Shown here: piece by piece, positions 37,407 through 49,616 of the stretch
Numbering within the stretch: the first letter of the stretch is position 1
How the letters are laid out: each line of letters opens with the position of its first letter
Origin: Azolla caroliniana
Lineage: Eukaryota; Plantae; Polypodiophyta
Reading direction: 5' to 3'
DNA: 64,000 nucleotides
NCBI GenBank assembly: GCA_043228905.1
Contig: JBHGNT010000151.1
Location: 651 to 64,650, forward strand
Notes under the pieces: model-generated
Told to the model about the DNA's origin: nothing
Databases searched by the model: none
The model's input: the letters and a program-made list of their open reading frames with translations, nothing else
Program-made: the position numbers and the translations under genes

Positions 37407-38640
37407 ATAGAGTCAAGCTTCTGCCGAGGAGAAGTGATCGTAGTTGTGCTCTCCGAACCGTGCGGAATAGTCGCCCATTACACGGCTCTCTAACTTGACT
37501 TTATCTGGGTCTTGTTTAACCCCAGAGGCCGAAAGGAGGGTGGAAACTTCCTCACAAGTTCCCTCCTCCTTTCCTCCTTGGGGACCCACTTTGTGATTTC
37601 CTGAAGTCCACTCTCTCCTGGAGTTTGCAGAGAGGAAAATGGCTTTTCAGTTAAGTCAGGTAAAACTTGCTTGCCTTTTCGCCGAAAAAGCAATAGAAAA
37701 AAGTTATGAATACAAGAAAGAAGAAACCGCAACCGCAGCCCTGGATGATTCTTCCTGAAGTAAGTTCTAAAGAATGCCCTAACCAGATTGATTTATCCAT
37801 TTCACGTAATTCGGTCGGTTACGTGTTTTTCATAGCACCTTTCATGTCGTGCCACATAAAGATGGATTACCTAAAATCAGTTGAATTCCTAAATCATGAA
37901 AACAACTTTCACACGACGGCATCAAACGGGGCAAATCATCCATCTAGGAAGAACAGGATGTGGTTCCCAAAGAATGCTTTGACACCAGTGTTTCCTTCCT
38001 GTACTCCAGTGTTTTCGGAGCATCCTAATGGTTACACAAAATGGTCAAAACCTTAAAGACTTTGGGATTATTAGAAACGAATACTTCCCACACGTGTTCT
38101 CTAGGAGAGATTAGTCTCCCGCGAGTGCCTAAAGAATAGACAATCGACACTTTCTTTTTCAACGAAGGGAGTCCTTCACATTCCCATAGCCCTTTCTCTC
38201 TAGCTTTCTCTTGCTATACCGTCGCCGTTGCTGTTCTCAACCCTTTCATAATGTTACGCGGGCAGGAGAGCACTGAGGTAAAGTAACGGACGAGGGGGCA
38301 CTATGATGGGTGGAAGGGGCGGGCCGGTGATTTTCAAGAGCGGATACCTATCCCTAAACAAGGCACAAACCTTATCGACATACAGGTTCCTACTTGCTTG
38401 AAGGCCTATTAGCACAACTTTGTTGAAGATCGCCCAAAGTAGTACCTTCCTATAAATGTCAACGTCCAGTGTTCGCTCAACAATGTTATCCCTAGAATCC
38501 TCGAAAATTCATTGTCAGAAGCCCGGAAGACCCCTTGTAAGAACAGGAACCTGCCTTAGGCAAGCTACCACTTCACTTGGCCGGCAAGCTACCTGAATCT
38601 GCCGGTTCTTCGTAATGAGGAGAGGCCGGATCTCGATTCG
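37407..38640 (-). other. Group II intron atp1i361g2, 3' part (5' limit uncertain)
   Basis: Domain V GAGAGCCGTGTAATGGGCGACTATTCCGCACGGTTCGGAGAG, ends CTCTAT; no convincing exon-1/GTGCG junction found upstream. Confidence 0.8.
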
Positions 38641-38945
38641 TGCACTTTCCTATTGCCAGGTGGCTTCCTGGCCCTACCACTTTTGTTTTCAAAGGTGCTA
38701 GTTTTTTGTTTGTTTTGTTTTTTTGGCTGGCGCTTCAGTCATGAAATGAGTAACGAATAATAATAATATTCCGGCTGCGCGCTGTACTTTTCACTAACGC
38801 TTTTCGATGAAGCGGTTCATCGTGGCATGACTCGCCGCTTTCATTAACAGAATGGCTTTCTGCTGCTGCATAGGAGCGCGAAAGCAGCACCCATGTTGGC
38901 TGGGCTGGGCTGGGCTGGGCTGGGCTGGCGAAGTCTCAACACCCG

Positions 38946-38980
<35 letters not shown>

Positions 38981-39318
38981 CCTCTATGAGCTGCAAGTAC
39001 CTACCCGCATAATTTCCTTTAAGAGACCCTATTACATGACTAGGTCATTCCTTAACAGTGTGTGGAAGGTTAGAGAACCATCCACGAGGACCAGCCCGAA
39101 AAGAAAAGCTGCCTCCTGAACAAGTCACCTATAGCGTTGACGTGGACAAGCCCGGGATGCGCCCTCAGAGGCTGACCTGCGGCCGGCGGAAGAAGCGGAA
39201 AACCGCTCTTCTTTTCTTTGGCACTCTGGATCCACCTGCTAAACAAGCGGTGCTCCAGAAACCAGCAAATCGCCTACCAAAGATAGACAGGGAAAGCGTG
39301 TTCTGAAAGCAGCAGGCA

Positions 39319-39392
39319 GCACCGATAGCTCAATCGGATAGAGTACCTGGCTTCGAACCAGGTGGTTAGAGGTTCAAGTCCCCTTCGGTGCA
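39319..39392 (+). tRNA. trnR: tRNA-Arg(UCG), chlamydial-like xenolog
   Basis: GCACCGATAGCTCAATCGGATAGAGTACCTGGCTTCGAACCAGG, bacterial-type body; chlamydial-like trnR(UCG) is known from fern mtDNA. Confidence 0.9.
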
Positions 39393-40040
39393 CACAAACC
39401 TTCCTTGAATGTTTCATAGAACGGTGTTGTTCTCCGGGAATTCTCGGTCGGCATGTTGGAGTGTCGGAGCCAAACCTTAATCTCATTTAAGTGGTATGGC
39501 GCTGCTAGATGACATTTGGTTCATTATCTTCTTCATACATAGAGGTAGGCAATTTCAGGCGCTACAACCCTACCTTAACCGGGCCACTTCACGTTTGGTT
39601 ATTATTAACGTGAGAAATCGATAGGACCAAGTAAATTAGCGTACCATTGGTTTGCTGCTTTCTTTGAGGTCCTTTCCAATTCGTTTCTGCAAACTCCTTT
39701 CTTTTCACCTAGTGAGAGGAAAGTGCCTTAAGAAGGCATTTCAAGACGAAAGTAGGTTGGTTGTGAGCAGCTGACTATATGCGCCCCTCGCACACTGTCT
39801 TAGCATAAACTGCGGGACGGGATTCATCAAATAAATAGGGGCGGCGGCCCGGCCCGGCCCGGCCCGGCCCGGCCGGATGAAGCCGGCCAAAAGGCAGGCA
39901 CAAGCCAAAGAACGACGATATCGGCCTTCATGCTTGCTTGCTTGCTTGCTTGCTTGCTGCCGTTGTATATCACCGCATGAAGGCCTAGAAATCCACATGA
40001 AGCAAGCACGATGAACCGCTTCTTCCGCATGAACCGCCTT

Positions 40041-40072
<32 letters not shown>

Positions 40073-40146
40073 ATGAAGCCGCACGGTTCAACGCCAAGGA
40101 ATAAAGGCAAAGTAACCGGCCGGCTCGTAAGTAATTATTTAATTTC

Positions 40147-40219
40147 AGGAGAATAGTTCCAATGGTAGAACAATGGTCTCCAAAACCAAAGGTTAAGGGT
40201 TCGAATCCCTTTTCTCCTG
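40147..40219 (+). tRNA. trnW: tRNA-Trp(CCA)
   Basis: AGGAGAA/TTCTCCT acceptor stem, CTCCAAA loop. Confidence 0.94.
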
Positions 40220-40973
40220 ATTACCTGGCTTGGTACGAAGAGGTTGCGGGTCTCTTTACCTTGTTTTATCACCGGAATAGTCGAGACGACCTAGAATAGG
40301 CCTCTCTCCAAGTCCATACATGTCTATTGCCAGGGTTCTTCCTCATCCATAATACTCTGCTTTCCAGATCTCGAGGATGTTGGAGTAGAACAGGCGGCAT
40401 ATAATTCAAAAGAACCATCGGTATCAGTACCGATGCCGTACATGGTACTATTATGTATGTATGTATGTTAGGATACGCATCAGAGTAAAATGACGTAGCT
40501 TCGCCACTATCTAGTTGGATTTCCATTGAAACATTACCAAATTAGATTTTCCGCACCTATTTCTTTCAGAACAGCTAGCCAAGTCAGACCTTGGGCCTAT
40601 CTCTATAGGTTGGTTTTTCAGATCCCATCACTCCAGGCTCAGTCGATCTTGGATCTTGCTCAATAGATCATATCTTTGGTATCTCACTGCCTGCGGTTCA
40701 TCGCTGAAGGCGTTTGTTTAACTGTCTGTGCGGGGTCCATCGCTTCGCCTAGTCCTTGCACATGGTAGCACTTGGTTGCACTCATTCCTTCTTCGCATGG
40801 CTTAATGCATGCAAGAAGTATCCGTTCCGTAAAGGCAACGTTTCTCCAAGAAAGAAGAGCGAGGCATGCGGCGTTGCCGATGAAAGGCGGCGATGCCTTC
40901 CAAGCCGAGTGAGAAGAATGACTCAGACAAGAAGGCTATGAATGAGCAATGCTTTGAATGCCGCCTTAGGATC

Positions 40974-41045
40974 CTGGAGTAAAAGGATTCGAACCTTTGC
41001 GTGTCGGTATCAAAAACCGATGCCTTACCGCTTGGCTATACTCCA
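40974..41045 (-). tRNA. trnQ: tRNA-Gln(UUG)
   Basis: TGGAGTATAGCCAAGCGGTAAGGCATCGGT TTTTGAT ACCGA. Confidence 0.93.
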
Positions 41046-41148
41046 TACAGTGGTAACCAAGGAAGAGAAGCAAAGCTCAGAGAACGGAATTTGCTTGCTG
41101 GGCGCAGCAAAGTAGTGAAAGACTGGCGAGTTAGGTATGGCAAGTAAA

Positions 41149-41222
41149 TAGGCTTAGTAGGGCTCGAACCTACAATATTACCGTTATGAGCGGTACGTTT
41201 CAACCAATTAAACTATAAGCCC
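41149..41222 (-). tRNA. trnI: tRNA-Ile(CAU, lysidine type)
   Basis: GGGCTTATAGTTTAATTGGTTGAAACGTACCGCTCATAACGG, plant mitochondrial trnI type. Confidence 0.9.
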
Positions 41223-41314
41223 ACTGCTGGCTGGCTGGCTGGCTGTTAGCCCTCTCAAGTAATGGAGTCGATGGATCTGTTGAGGGCAAAGCAGCCATAT
41301 TTTTCTCCTTGAAA

Positions 41315-41492
41315 GATTAAGGACATAAACTTTTCAAATAGCTACACCTGGTTCTGGACCGATTGATGTGGATACAGAAGAGCAGGATGTGCTACCCATC
41401 ATGGATAGCATAGTTCGAGCAACACTGAACTGAAAGGTATGACTGAAGTGTAATCGTTTTGTTGGCAGGCAAATAGACGACATATTCCTAGG
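41315..41492 (-). pseudogene. atp6: Degenerate atp6 3' fragment
   Basis: Patchy similarity to 46085-46272 (GGAATATGT, GCTCG-AC-ATGCTATCCATG, CAGGTGTAG-TATTT). Confidence 0.65.
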
Positions 41493-42954
41493 GGGTTTTT
41501 TACCGATGCAGCACGCACGAAAAAATCGACTCGACTTTTCTTCGATGATTTAGACAGAGATTTCACCACCTACCACGAGTGGAATGGCAAGGTTCTGCCA
41601 GGACACCCAGCGGCAAGACAACCGTGAAAGGAAAGGCAGGGCCAAAGGATTATCATCCATCTCAGCCAGCGCGGAAAGAAAAGAAAAGAAGAGCTCTGCT
41701 TGCTCTTTTTGACAATAATTTCGCTACTCCAGTCATGGGCAGCATTATTACATGCATAGGGCGGACCCGAGCTCTTTTCGCTGCAGTTTTCCCTACGGCT
41801 TTCCTCCCCTCCTTTGGAAGTGTCAGCTAACTCCTGGAATCCCCCTTTCCCTCCTTCTAAGAAAACCATGCTCGGTTAGATCAGTGTGGACTGATGTTTC
41901 GTTCCACTGCTGCTGGAAAAGCCGCCAAATTCGTCACTGACTGGAGAGCGGGAACGACTCACTATCTCGTCTTATTCTCAGAGGCGAGAATGCTCTCAAA
42001 TGGCTAACGGTGCTTTCAACTAAAGTTCCATTTCTTAACACAGCGAGGCTTATACTGTTTATTCGTACGACAATGCGCGACGCTCCACTATCCCATTGAA
42101 AAAGGATTCCGCAATCATTTACGTACTTAAACGCAGACTGAGTAATAGTAATTCATGCCATTCCTCGGGCTCAGACCACAGAGCTTCCTAGGAACTGGGA
42201 AAATGCTATAAATCTGTTTAAATAGCTTCGCTTTTTGCCCTAAAAGTCGCTCTGAAAATGTCACTTAGAGTGTTTTGACTAAGGGAAACAAAACCCACTA
42301 GACGAACAGCTACTAATATTTCCTCATTATATATTATTATTCATTCCAAACTCAAAACGCTAGAAATTGAAATAGCAAATAAAATCAATTCGCGCGTAAA
42401 TCGTACTTATATTCTGTTGCTCTTCCTTGTCTGTTCTCGATATTCATGGCAGTTTCTTGGCCTTCATGCAGGCAAGCAAAAGGGCGGGCGCCACCAGCAT
42501 GCATTTCTGGACTCGTGCCCGAAGAAAAGAAGCGGGCGGTAAGAAGCGGTTTTCATCATCCGGCGGGAGTGAAAAGAAAAGTTAGGTCGGGAGGTAGTGC
42601 ACGCTCGCTGGTCCTGATATCAAAATTCTCGCCTTCGTGCCGTGTGTGTCTGGTTTCAATGAATTCCGCATGAAGGGGTGCGTGCGCGCAGGCAACAAGC
42701 CTGCCCTGGCAATTCCGGCCATAATCTGCGTGCGGTTTTCATCATCATGAAGGCCTTCATGATGAAAAAGGGGTTGGCGGGTTTGATGAACCGGTTGGTT
42801 TTCATCCGGATGAACCGGTTGGTTTTCATCCGGATGAACCGGCGGGTTAGCTTGCCCGTGAGGGCAGGCAGCTCTTTGTCCGCACGTATGTCGCCCGGGG
42901 AACCGGGCGGGGGATCTGCTGGATTTCTATCTAATGTGCCAATCTGTATACGAA

Positions 42955-43027
42955 TGGAGACGATCGGACTTGAACCGATAACTTCATACTTGCAAAACAT
43001 GCGTTCTACCGATTGAACTACGCCCCC
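42955..43027 (-). tRNA. trnA: tRNA-Ala(UGC)
   Basis: GGGGGCG/CGTCTCC acceptor stem with G3:U70, TTTGCAA loop. Confidence 0.93.
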
Positions 43028-43067
43028 ATCCTCGTTCCATATGCAACACGTATCATATGGGCAAACA

Positions 43068-43112
<45 letters not shown>

Positions 43113-46036
43113 GCGGGAGGAGCTATTGTTTATACGTGCGTGCGTGCGTGCGTGCGTGCGTGCCCCCCTTTCTTCTTTTTACAGAGTTTAGGCTTTATCT
43201 AAGACATCCCGTCCTGTCGAAACTATGTCATACATAAAGGTGTGTCGTTGGCAGGTTCACTTTTGGTTTACCACTTCGATCGTATCGGCGCTAGAGAGAA
43301 GTCGCTTTCTCGAGAGCCGGCTACCTCATCATCTTGAAACTTCATTCCGCTCCTCTGGCCGCCTTACCCTGTTCTCTGCAAGAACCCCAAGGAGACGGGT
43401 TGTTGATTGCGCTTGCTTGATTGGCACCTCTAGTACGACACATCTTTCAGAATACGAGCGAATGCTCGGATCAGTAGATTCGAGCTCCTTATTCAGGAGT
43501 TGAGAAGTACGCAGGGCGGGCCTGCCGCTCGGCTATGACCTCGTTTCTTGAGCTAGAGGGGAATTTCACGAAATGGGTTGGCAAGAGCAGCAGACAGCAA
43601 CTCGTATCACTCTCGTAATTCAGAGAAGAGAAAATGGGATTCGAACCCTCAACTTTTGCTCTTAGAGATCATTATTCCGGGAACCACTCTCCCAAACTAA
43701 ATAGTTATTTCCCTACGTAGGAAAGTTCCAATGCGGGGTCTGGATCCAGTCGAGGCGCCGAGAGCCGCAGGCGTACCGCGTATTCTATTTACCAGTTTCT
43801 CCGGAAGGTCATGTCTGGGAACTTTGACTTGATAGTGTAGTGTGACGAGGCGAGAATTCTCGCTTTCCAAGAGAGAGTTGGTCAAACCCAACCCTAATTG
43901 CTCGGATAGCAACCAATGCACATTGCTGAGTGATAAGGTGGTTTTCCATGCTTGCTGCGAAGAGGCTTGCTTTCCTGAAAAAGCCGCTGTATACAGTGAT
44001 TCTCAGACCACGCAGTATCAAAAGCTCTATCAGATATGTATAAGAAGACCCTGTTTGAGTCATTGGGTCATCCGCTGGTTCATCCTGAGTTCCTGTTCAA
44101 GAACCTTATAGCGGAGCTATATTCTCACTGTACGACAATAGAACCCTAGCGCTACTAAAGACCATCAAGGTGGTAGATGACATTAAGATGCAGTATAGTA
44201 TTATGCGGGTACATCGAAACAGCAGCAGAGCCAAGGGAGTATCTTGAAAAGCAGCTGGGCTTCAAGGCCCCTAAAGAAGAGATATATAACGCGTATCATT
44301 GGGTGCCGCAAGAAAAGAAAAGAAAAGAAAAGAAGGGGATCCTATTCCTTCCTGTTGAGCACTCCTTTTTCTTGAAGAAGTGGAAAGAGAGGTTGTCCCC
44401 CCATTGTAGGAGCGAAGAAAGCTAGTAATTTTCACGCACGAAGGAAAGTCCTAGTAGATCACTACAATGTCGTAGTGACATCTTTGTGTGGGTTTGTAAT
44501 CGATAAAGTGTACGGTAATTTCGATTACTTTAAACAAGCCATAAATCTTAAGATGAAACAGTGCTGCTTTCAAATTACATGTAGCGACGACAGAGCCGCT
44601 GGAGAGGAGAGGAGAGGAGAGGAGAGGAGAGGAGAAAACTATGCGTTGACATAAATTAGAAATCACTATTAAAATATTTTCGTGGTCTTATCTACCACTT
44701 AGGGATCCTTCAGGCCGGCCGGAGTTCACTATACTCCGGTCACCTATTATTTTCTTTCGAGAACCAGTCCAAGCAACCTAGATATGTTTGCTATTAATTG
44801 CTGTAGTTTATTTGATCTTCAATTTTGTTGGTTGTTGGGCATAAGTACAATACCCACGCCGAAAGTTCACGCTAACTTGCGTCCTGGACATATCGTCACG
44901 TGCTGAGATATTAAAAGAAGAGTCGGATATTGAATCATTCGGCCCTTTCTTGTGCAATCTGTCGTCTTGGCAGGATGGAGGCCTTGGACCTAGTATTTGA
45001 AAGTTTAAGGCTGTTTATTCTGTCTTTTCAGACATCATTAGGGCACTGGAAAGGGTAGTACTTGATATACGCCAGATACCGATGGTTACTGGTTCCAGTC
45101 CTCGGCTGTTCCAGACTTCGGGGCCTAATGCCTAAGGAGGACTTGGTTCACTAGCTTTTCTTCAGGAAAATCTGGTTAGCTCGTCGAAAGACGCTAGGGG
45201 GCTCATGTCGCTACTTTTTGAACCTAGAAGCTGGTGGCCAGGTAGTTGCGAGCTGTTACGGCCGTCGGAATCTTTTTCTGACTTTTTGATTCGTAACGCC
45301 TTAAATCTCTAAATTTAGTTTAAGGAAGAAGAAGAAGAAGAAGAAGAAGAGGTTGGGCAGAAAGCAGCTTGAGCCTGTTGGTTTTTAGCTATTCGGCGTA
45401 CAAATAGGCAGTGCGTGGATAGAATTGTTGTCAAAGGACTTCAACAACAACAAGGTGCCTCGATCTCCGGAATGCCCTTATTTATTATAGGGCGTAAATA
45501 GAATAAATAGGTGGGAAACTCTCCCAGCAGCCCAGGCAAGGATCTCTCTCTCTTTTCCTAGTACCGTTATTTCCCTTCAGGTAAGGTATTCCAGAGGTAT
45601 TCCGTTAGAAAGACAATCCATTTTTTATGTGATGTGACACATGATTTTTCTCATTAATTATGAAACACTCGATTCCTCTGTTATTACTTCATTTCCCACG
45701 ACTATCTGTCATATTTCCCTTGATTACAAACCTATTCTTTGCTTAGCATTTAAGAGAATGTGAGATACCACCTTTCAATACAATAATTGTACAGGTTAGA
45801 GTATAAGGACAAAAATCATTTACCAATGTAGGTAAAGTGACCGCCTCAAATCAAAAAGGTATGATGATGAAACTTACTAAAATTATTTACCAAAAAAGAA
45901 ACCACCATGTAATGTAAGGTGCGATACGTAACGGCAGACGGCGTTGCAACGAACCAATAAGCTAAGCGTGGCAGATTTGTTTGCAATATAGAAAAGAACG
46001 GTTTGGTGACGAAACCAAACCGTTTCTCTTTCCATG

Positions 46037-46789
46037 TCAATGAAGGTTTATTGCATCATTCAAATGAATACGAATCGGGATTATAGGGACATAAGCTTAT
46101 AAAATAACTACACCTGATTCTAAACCAGTTGATGCAAATACGATCGAAAGAAGAGCGAGATGTGCTAATAGCAAGATACCCCTCATGGATAGCATGGTCC
46201 GAGCAAAGCCACTCGAAATCTTGACTGAACTATAACCAGCCATCATATTAGCAAATAAACATATTCCTAAGCTTAGTGCACGAAAACGATAGAGGATTAA
46301 CTCCGAAAATACTGGGAAAGGCGCTAACGGTGGAGGTACACCCGGCAGTAATAAGAGACTGAAAGGATGAGGCCCATGTGTTTAAGACCCCACTACGATA
46401 GTTCCAAGAGAAAGAGAGAATAGAGAACCCAAAATAATAATAGAATGACTTATTACCATAAAACTATAAAGTACCATACCTTACAAATTACGAAATAATG
46501 GAAAGGTAAAAGTAACGAGGATCGGGAGAGAAGACTATTATTTCGAAACGCCACTAATTTATTCGTTCACTAGATTGGGCACGAAATCATAAGTCATCTC
46601 CACTAGGGATTACCAAGCATTCAGTACTAAGTGTCCTCCATTCGAGGTCACCAAGTGAACTAGGAGCGGGATTAAACTGGTAGTGGGTGACATAGATGGA
46701 GAGGAATTGATAAATAAAAGATACGGATTTCCTATATGGATGGAAATCGATAGAATAATGGCAGGTTATTCCGGTAGACTGTAAGCCGT
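46037..46789 (-). CDS. atp6: ATP synthase subunit a
   Basis: 251 codons; ACG-AYSLPE*PAII..NAW*SLVE..ALSLGICLFANMMAG..TGLESGV..LNDAINLH*; 8 editable internal stops; no intron. Confidence 0.94.
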
Positions 46790-47057
46790 GATGAATTGAA
46801 GGGTTTTGTTCCAACATGCATGAAAGAGGGTTGTTCTTAACGTTTATCAATTTTTCGGACTAGCTCTGTTGAAGAGCTCGTATGAGAGTTGGCTCAACCT
46901 AGCCCCAACAATGGCAGAATATTTCCGAGATGTCAACGAGCAAGCTGTACCTTTATTCATTGACAACATCTTCCGCTTCGCCCAAAATCGCGGAATCAGA
47001 AGTCTCTGCTTTCTTTTTGGCAGGTAGAATGCCGATGAAAACCGCTTCTTCGGCCGT

Positions 47058-47090
<33 letters not shown>

Positions 47091-47991
47091 CGTGGGTTAT
47101 CAACTGGTTCTTCCCGGCCGGCCAGGTCTCTATAGGAAAGAATTCCAGATCAATAACTTCCATTCAAGCGCACCTGCGGATGATCTGACTGACCTAGCCC
47201 CCGCTACAACCATTTGCACACCTAGATGCTACTACTGCGCCGCTTTCGAGAAGATTAGCAGAAGAATATCTATGCGGCCCATTCATTCGTCTTCATGAGG
47301 CGGTGAGGGCCAAAAAAAAAGCCAAGACAGCTTCGGAGCGAACTCTGTTACCAGAGCCGAGAACAGCTTTAGACAATTCCGTCAGGCACCACGAAGGGCT
47401 GGCTTGAGAAGTATCGCAAGACTTGACTTTCTGCGCCCTACTCTCAATGAGTCAAACTCTCCGTATCCATTACTCTTTTACAATCGATTATTTGATAGAT
47501 CTGGAATGTGATGAGATACACTCTAATCATCTCATAGGACCGCCCCGATGAAAACCAGCAGACCTAATCACCTTACGATGGTTAGCGGAATTCTCTCTCG
47601 GTAAATTGGGTCAATGAGACCATCGGCGTTCGTTTCAGAATCGGATAGTTACACGTCCCACATCCACTAGTCGCCGGGCCACCGAACATTGCTTCAACCA
47701 TAAGGCAGCCAGAAAATTGGACCTTTAGTTTAGTTAGGTTTTCATCGCTTTCCGCACGCCTGGTAGAAAGCGGGTCGACCTTCCCCCCATTTACTTTATT
47801 TCATAGAAGCAATAGCGGCATGTATAGTGCTCGGTCTATCTAATTTGTATCGGAACGAAAGCAGCAGCAATGAACCGCTTCATCCGCGAGTCTTCCATCG
47901 ACAAAGGACTGGCTCTGGCTCACGACGAATGCAAGCTGGAAAACACGGAACTCGGTACTTGGTTAGTGAAACCATGCATGAAAAATCAAGT

Positions 47992-48064
47992 TACCTACTA
48001 CTGGATTCGAACCAATGACTTTCGCCGTATGAAAGCGATACTCTAACCCCTGAGTTAAGTAGGT
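47992..48064 (-). tRNA. trnM: tRNA-Met(CAU), plastid-type, copy 2
   Basis: Identical to 11424-11496. Confidence 0.88.
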
Positions 48065-48571
48065 TGGGCAGTTTCATAGCAGCCAGCCCGTTTCATCGAG
48101 CCTCGGAAGTCAAGGCGGCCATTCTATCTACAAGATTTTCTGTCAATTCCTGCAGACTGTTCAAGGAAACTCGTGGGGTGGGTTCCTGCTTTCCCTCAAT
48201 GCCGAGCTGCTCTTTACGGCCCGGTAAGAATTCAATAAATTGAGTAGTTGCACCTGCTGGTATAATAAGATATCCGTCTGAACTCCTACATCAATACCAT
48301 CCATGTCGGTCTGGGTCGCAACATCAATAACATCATCCACACCTTGATCCTTACTACCTTTCTCAAGAGGTTGGTTGTCGGCAACGTCGTTGTCAGAGGC
48401 CTATCAAGTGACATTATTTCATTGACTACTTTTTTCCGCCGCTAACGGCCAACGAAAGAAAGAACTGCCATAAATATCAAGAACAGACCTTGTGTTGGCA
48501 AAGAAAGCCAACGCAAGTCCCTCTAATGCTGCTTTGAAGGCATTTTCTTGAAACCTATCTTAGTTGACGAA

Positions 48572-49579
48572 ACGAAGCCGTATATCCTTCGTCTCCTAGC
48601 TAAAATCTTTGGAATCATCATATTACTTTTACCAGGAGTAGTCTTTCCAGTGTCAGTCGAACGTAAAGTCATGGCTTCCATGTAACGTTGAAAGGGTCTT
48701 AATGTGGTGGGATCATCTGGGTTGTTATAACTCTTAGCGGATGGTTTGAAATCAATTTTAAAAGAACCTATTCCACCTCCAAGTGCTAATTTCTTTCTTT
48801 CTGTAATGGTTCTGGTAATTACATCTACGGTGCGCCGTGCGAGGCTCGTTTTCTTTCCGGAAGAATACCCTTCTACAACCAACATAGATGTTTGACTTGG
48901 AAGTATATACGGCGGGCCAATACAACATCTTGGGCTAATAATCCATCGAGTTCGCGAGCAGTTAGTCGGAAAGGGGCGAAGCCGGGCAAAGCGGTTTCCC
49001 CGGTCCCCGAAGGAAGGACGGCTTAGCCCTCCTCGGTGGTGTCTCTCAGCTGATGCGAGAAAGGTTAGATTGACTCACTTGGTACGTACCTACTGCCTGA
49101 GTAAGGGCTACGTATCCCGAACAGAATACGTCAGTATGTGTGTGGCGGAGTAATCCAGGGCCCAGTTTGGGCGAAAGCCTTGACTTCCACATGAAGCGGT
49201 CAAGGTTGCCGGACAGCCAGCCACAAGTAATTCCAGCATAGGAACTGACTTAAACAATCGAGCAGGTGCGCAAAGACCTGTAACCATTGGGTGCTCTGAC
49301 GGGGCGAAGCAGGGAAGTGCGTAGCGCTTACTCCGTCCTCGAAAGGCAAAGACACGAAAAGAGAGCAACCACGGGAAGTAACCGCTTCGCATTGTCTAGT
49401 AAACGATGCGCGGTCTCAGAGGTCGCATAGTAGCGAGGGAGGAATGCCAGAAACCTGGCCGAGCCGCGAAGGCAACTAGTCAGAACAAACCTTAGTTCAA
49501 CGCGGCCAGTACGTATGCGGCCGGCCGGCGTTGAGAATAAGGAACAATTCTTCGAAACGGAAGGGACGGCAATACTCTC

Positions 49580-49616
<37 letters not shown>

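Noticed and set aside
43625-43695. tRNA-Ser-like sequence
   Set aside because: Only the GGGATTCGAACCC T-arm motif survives.
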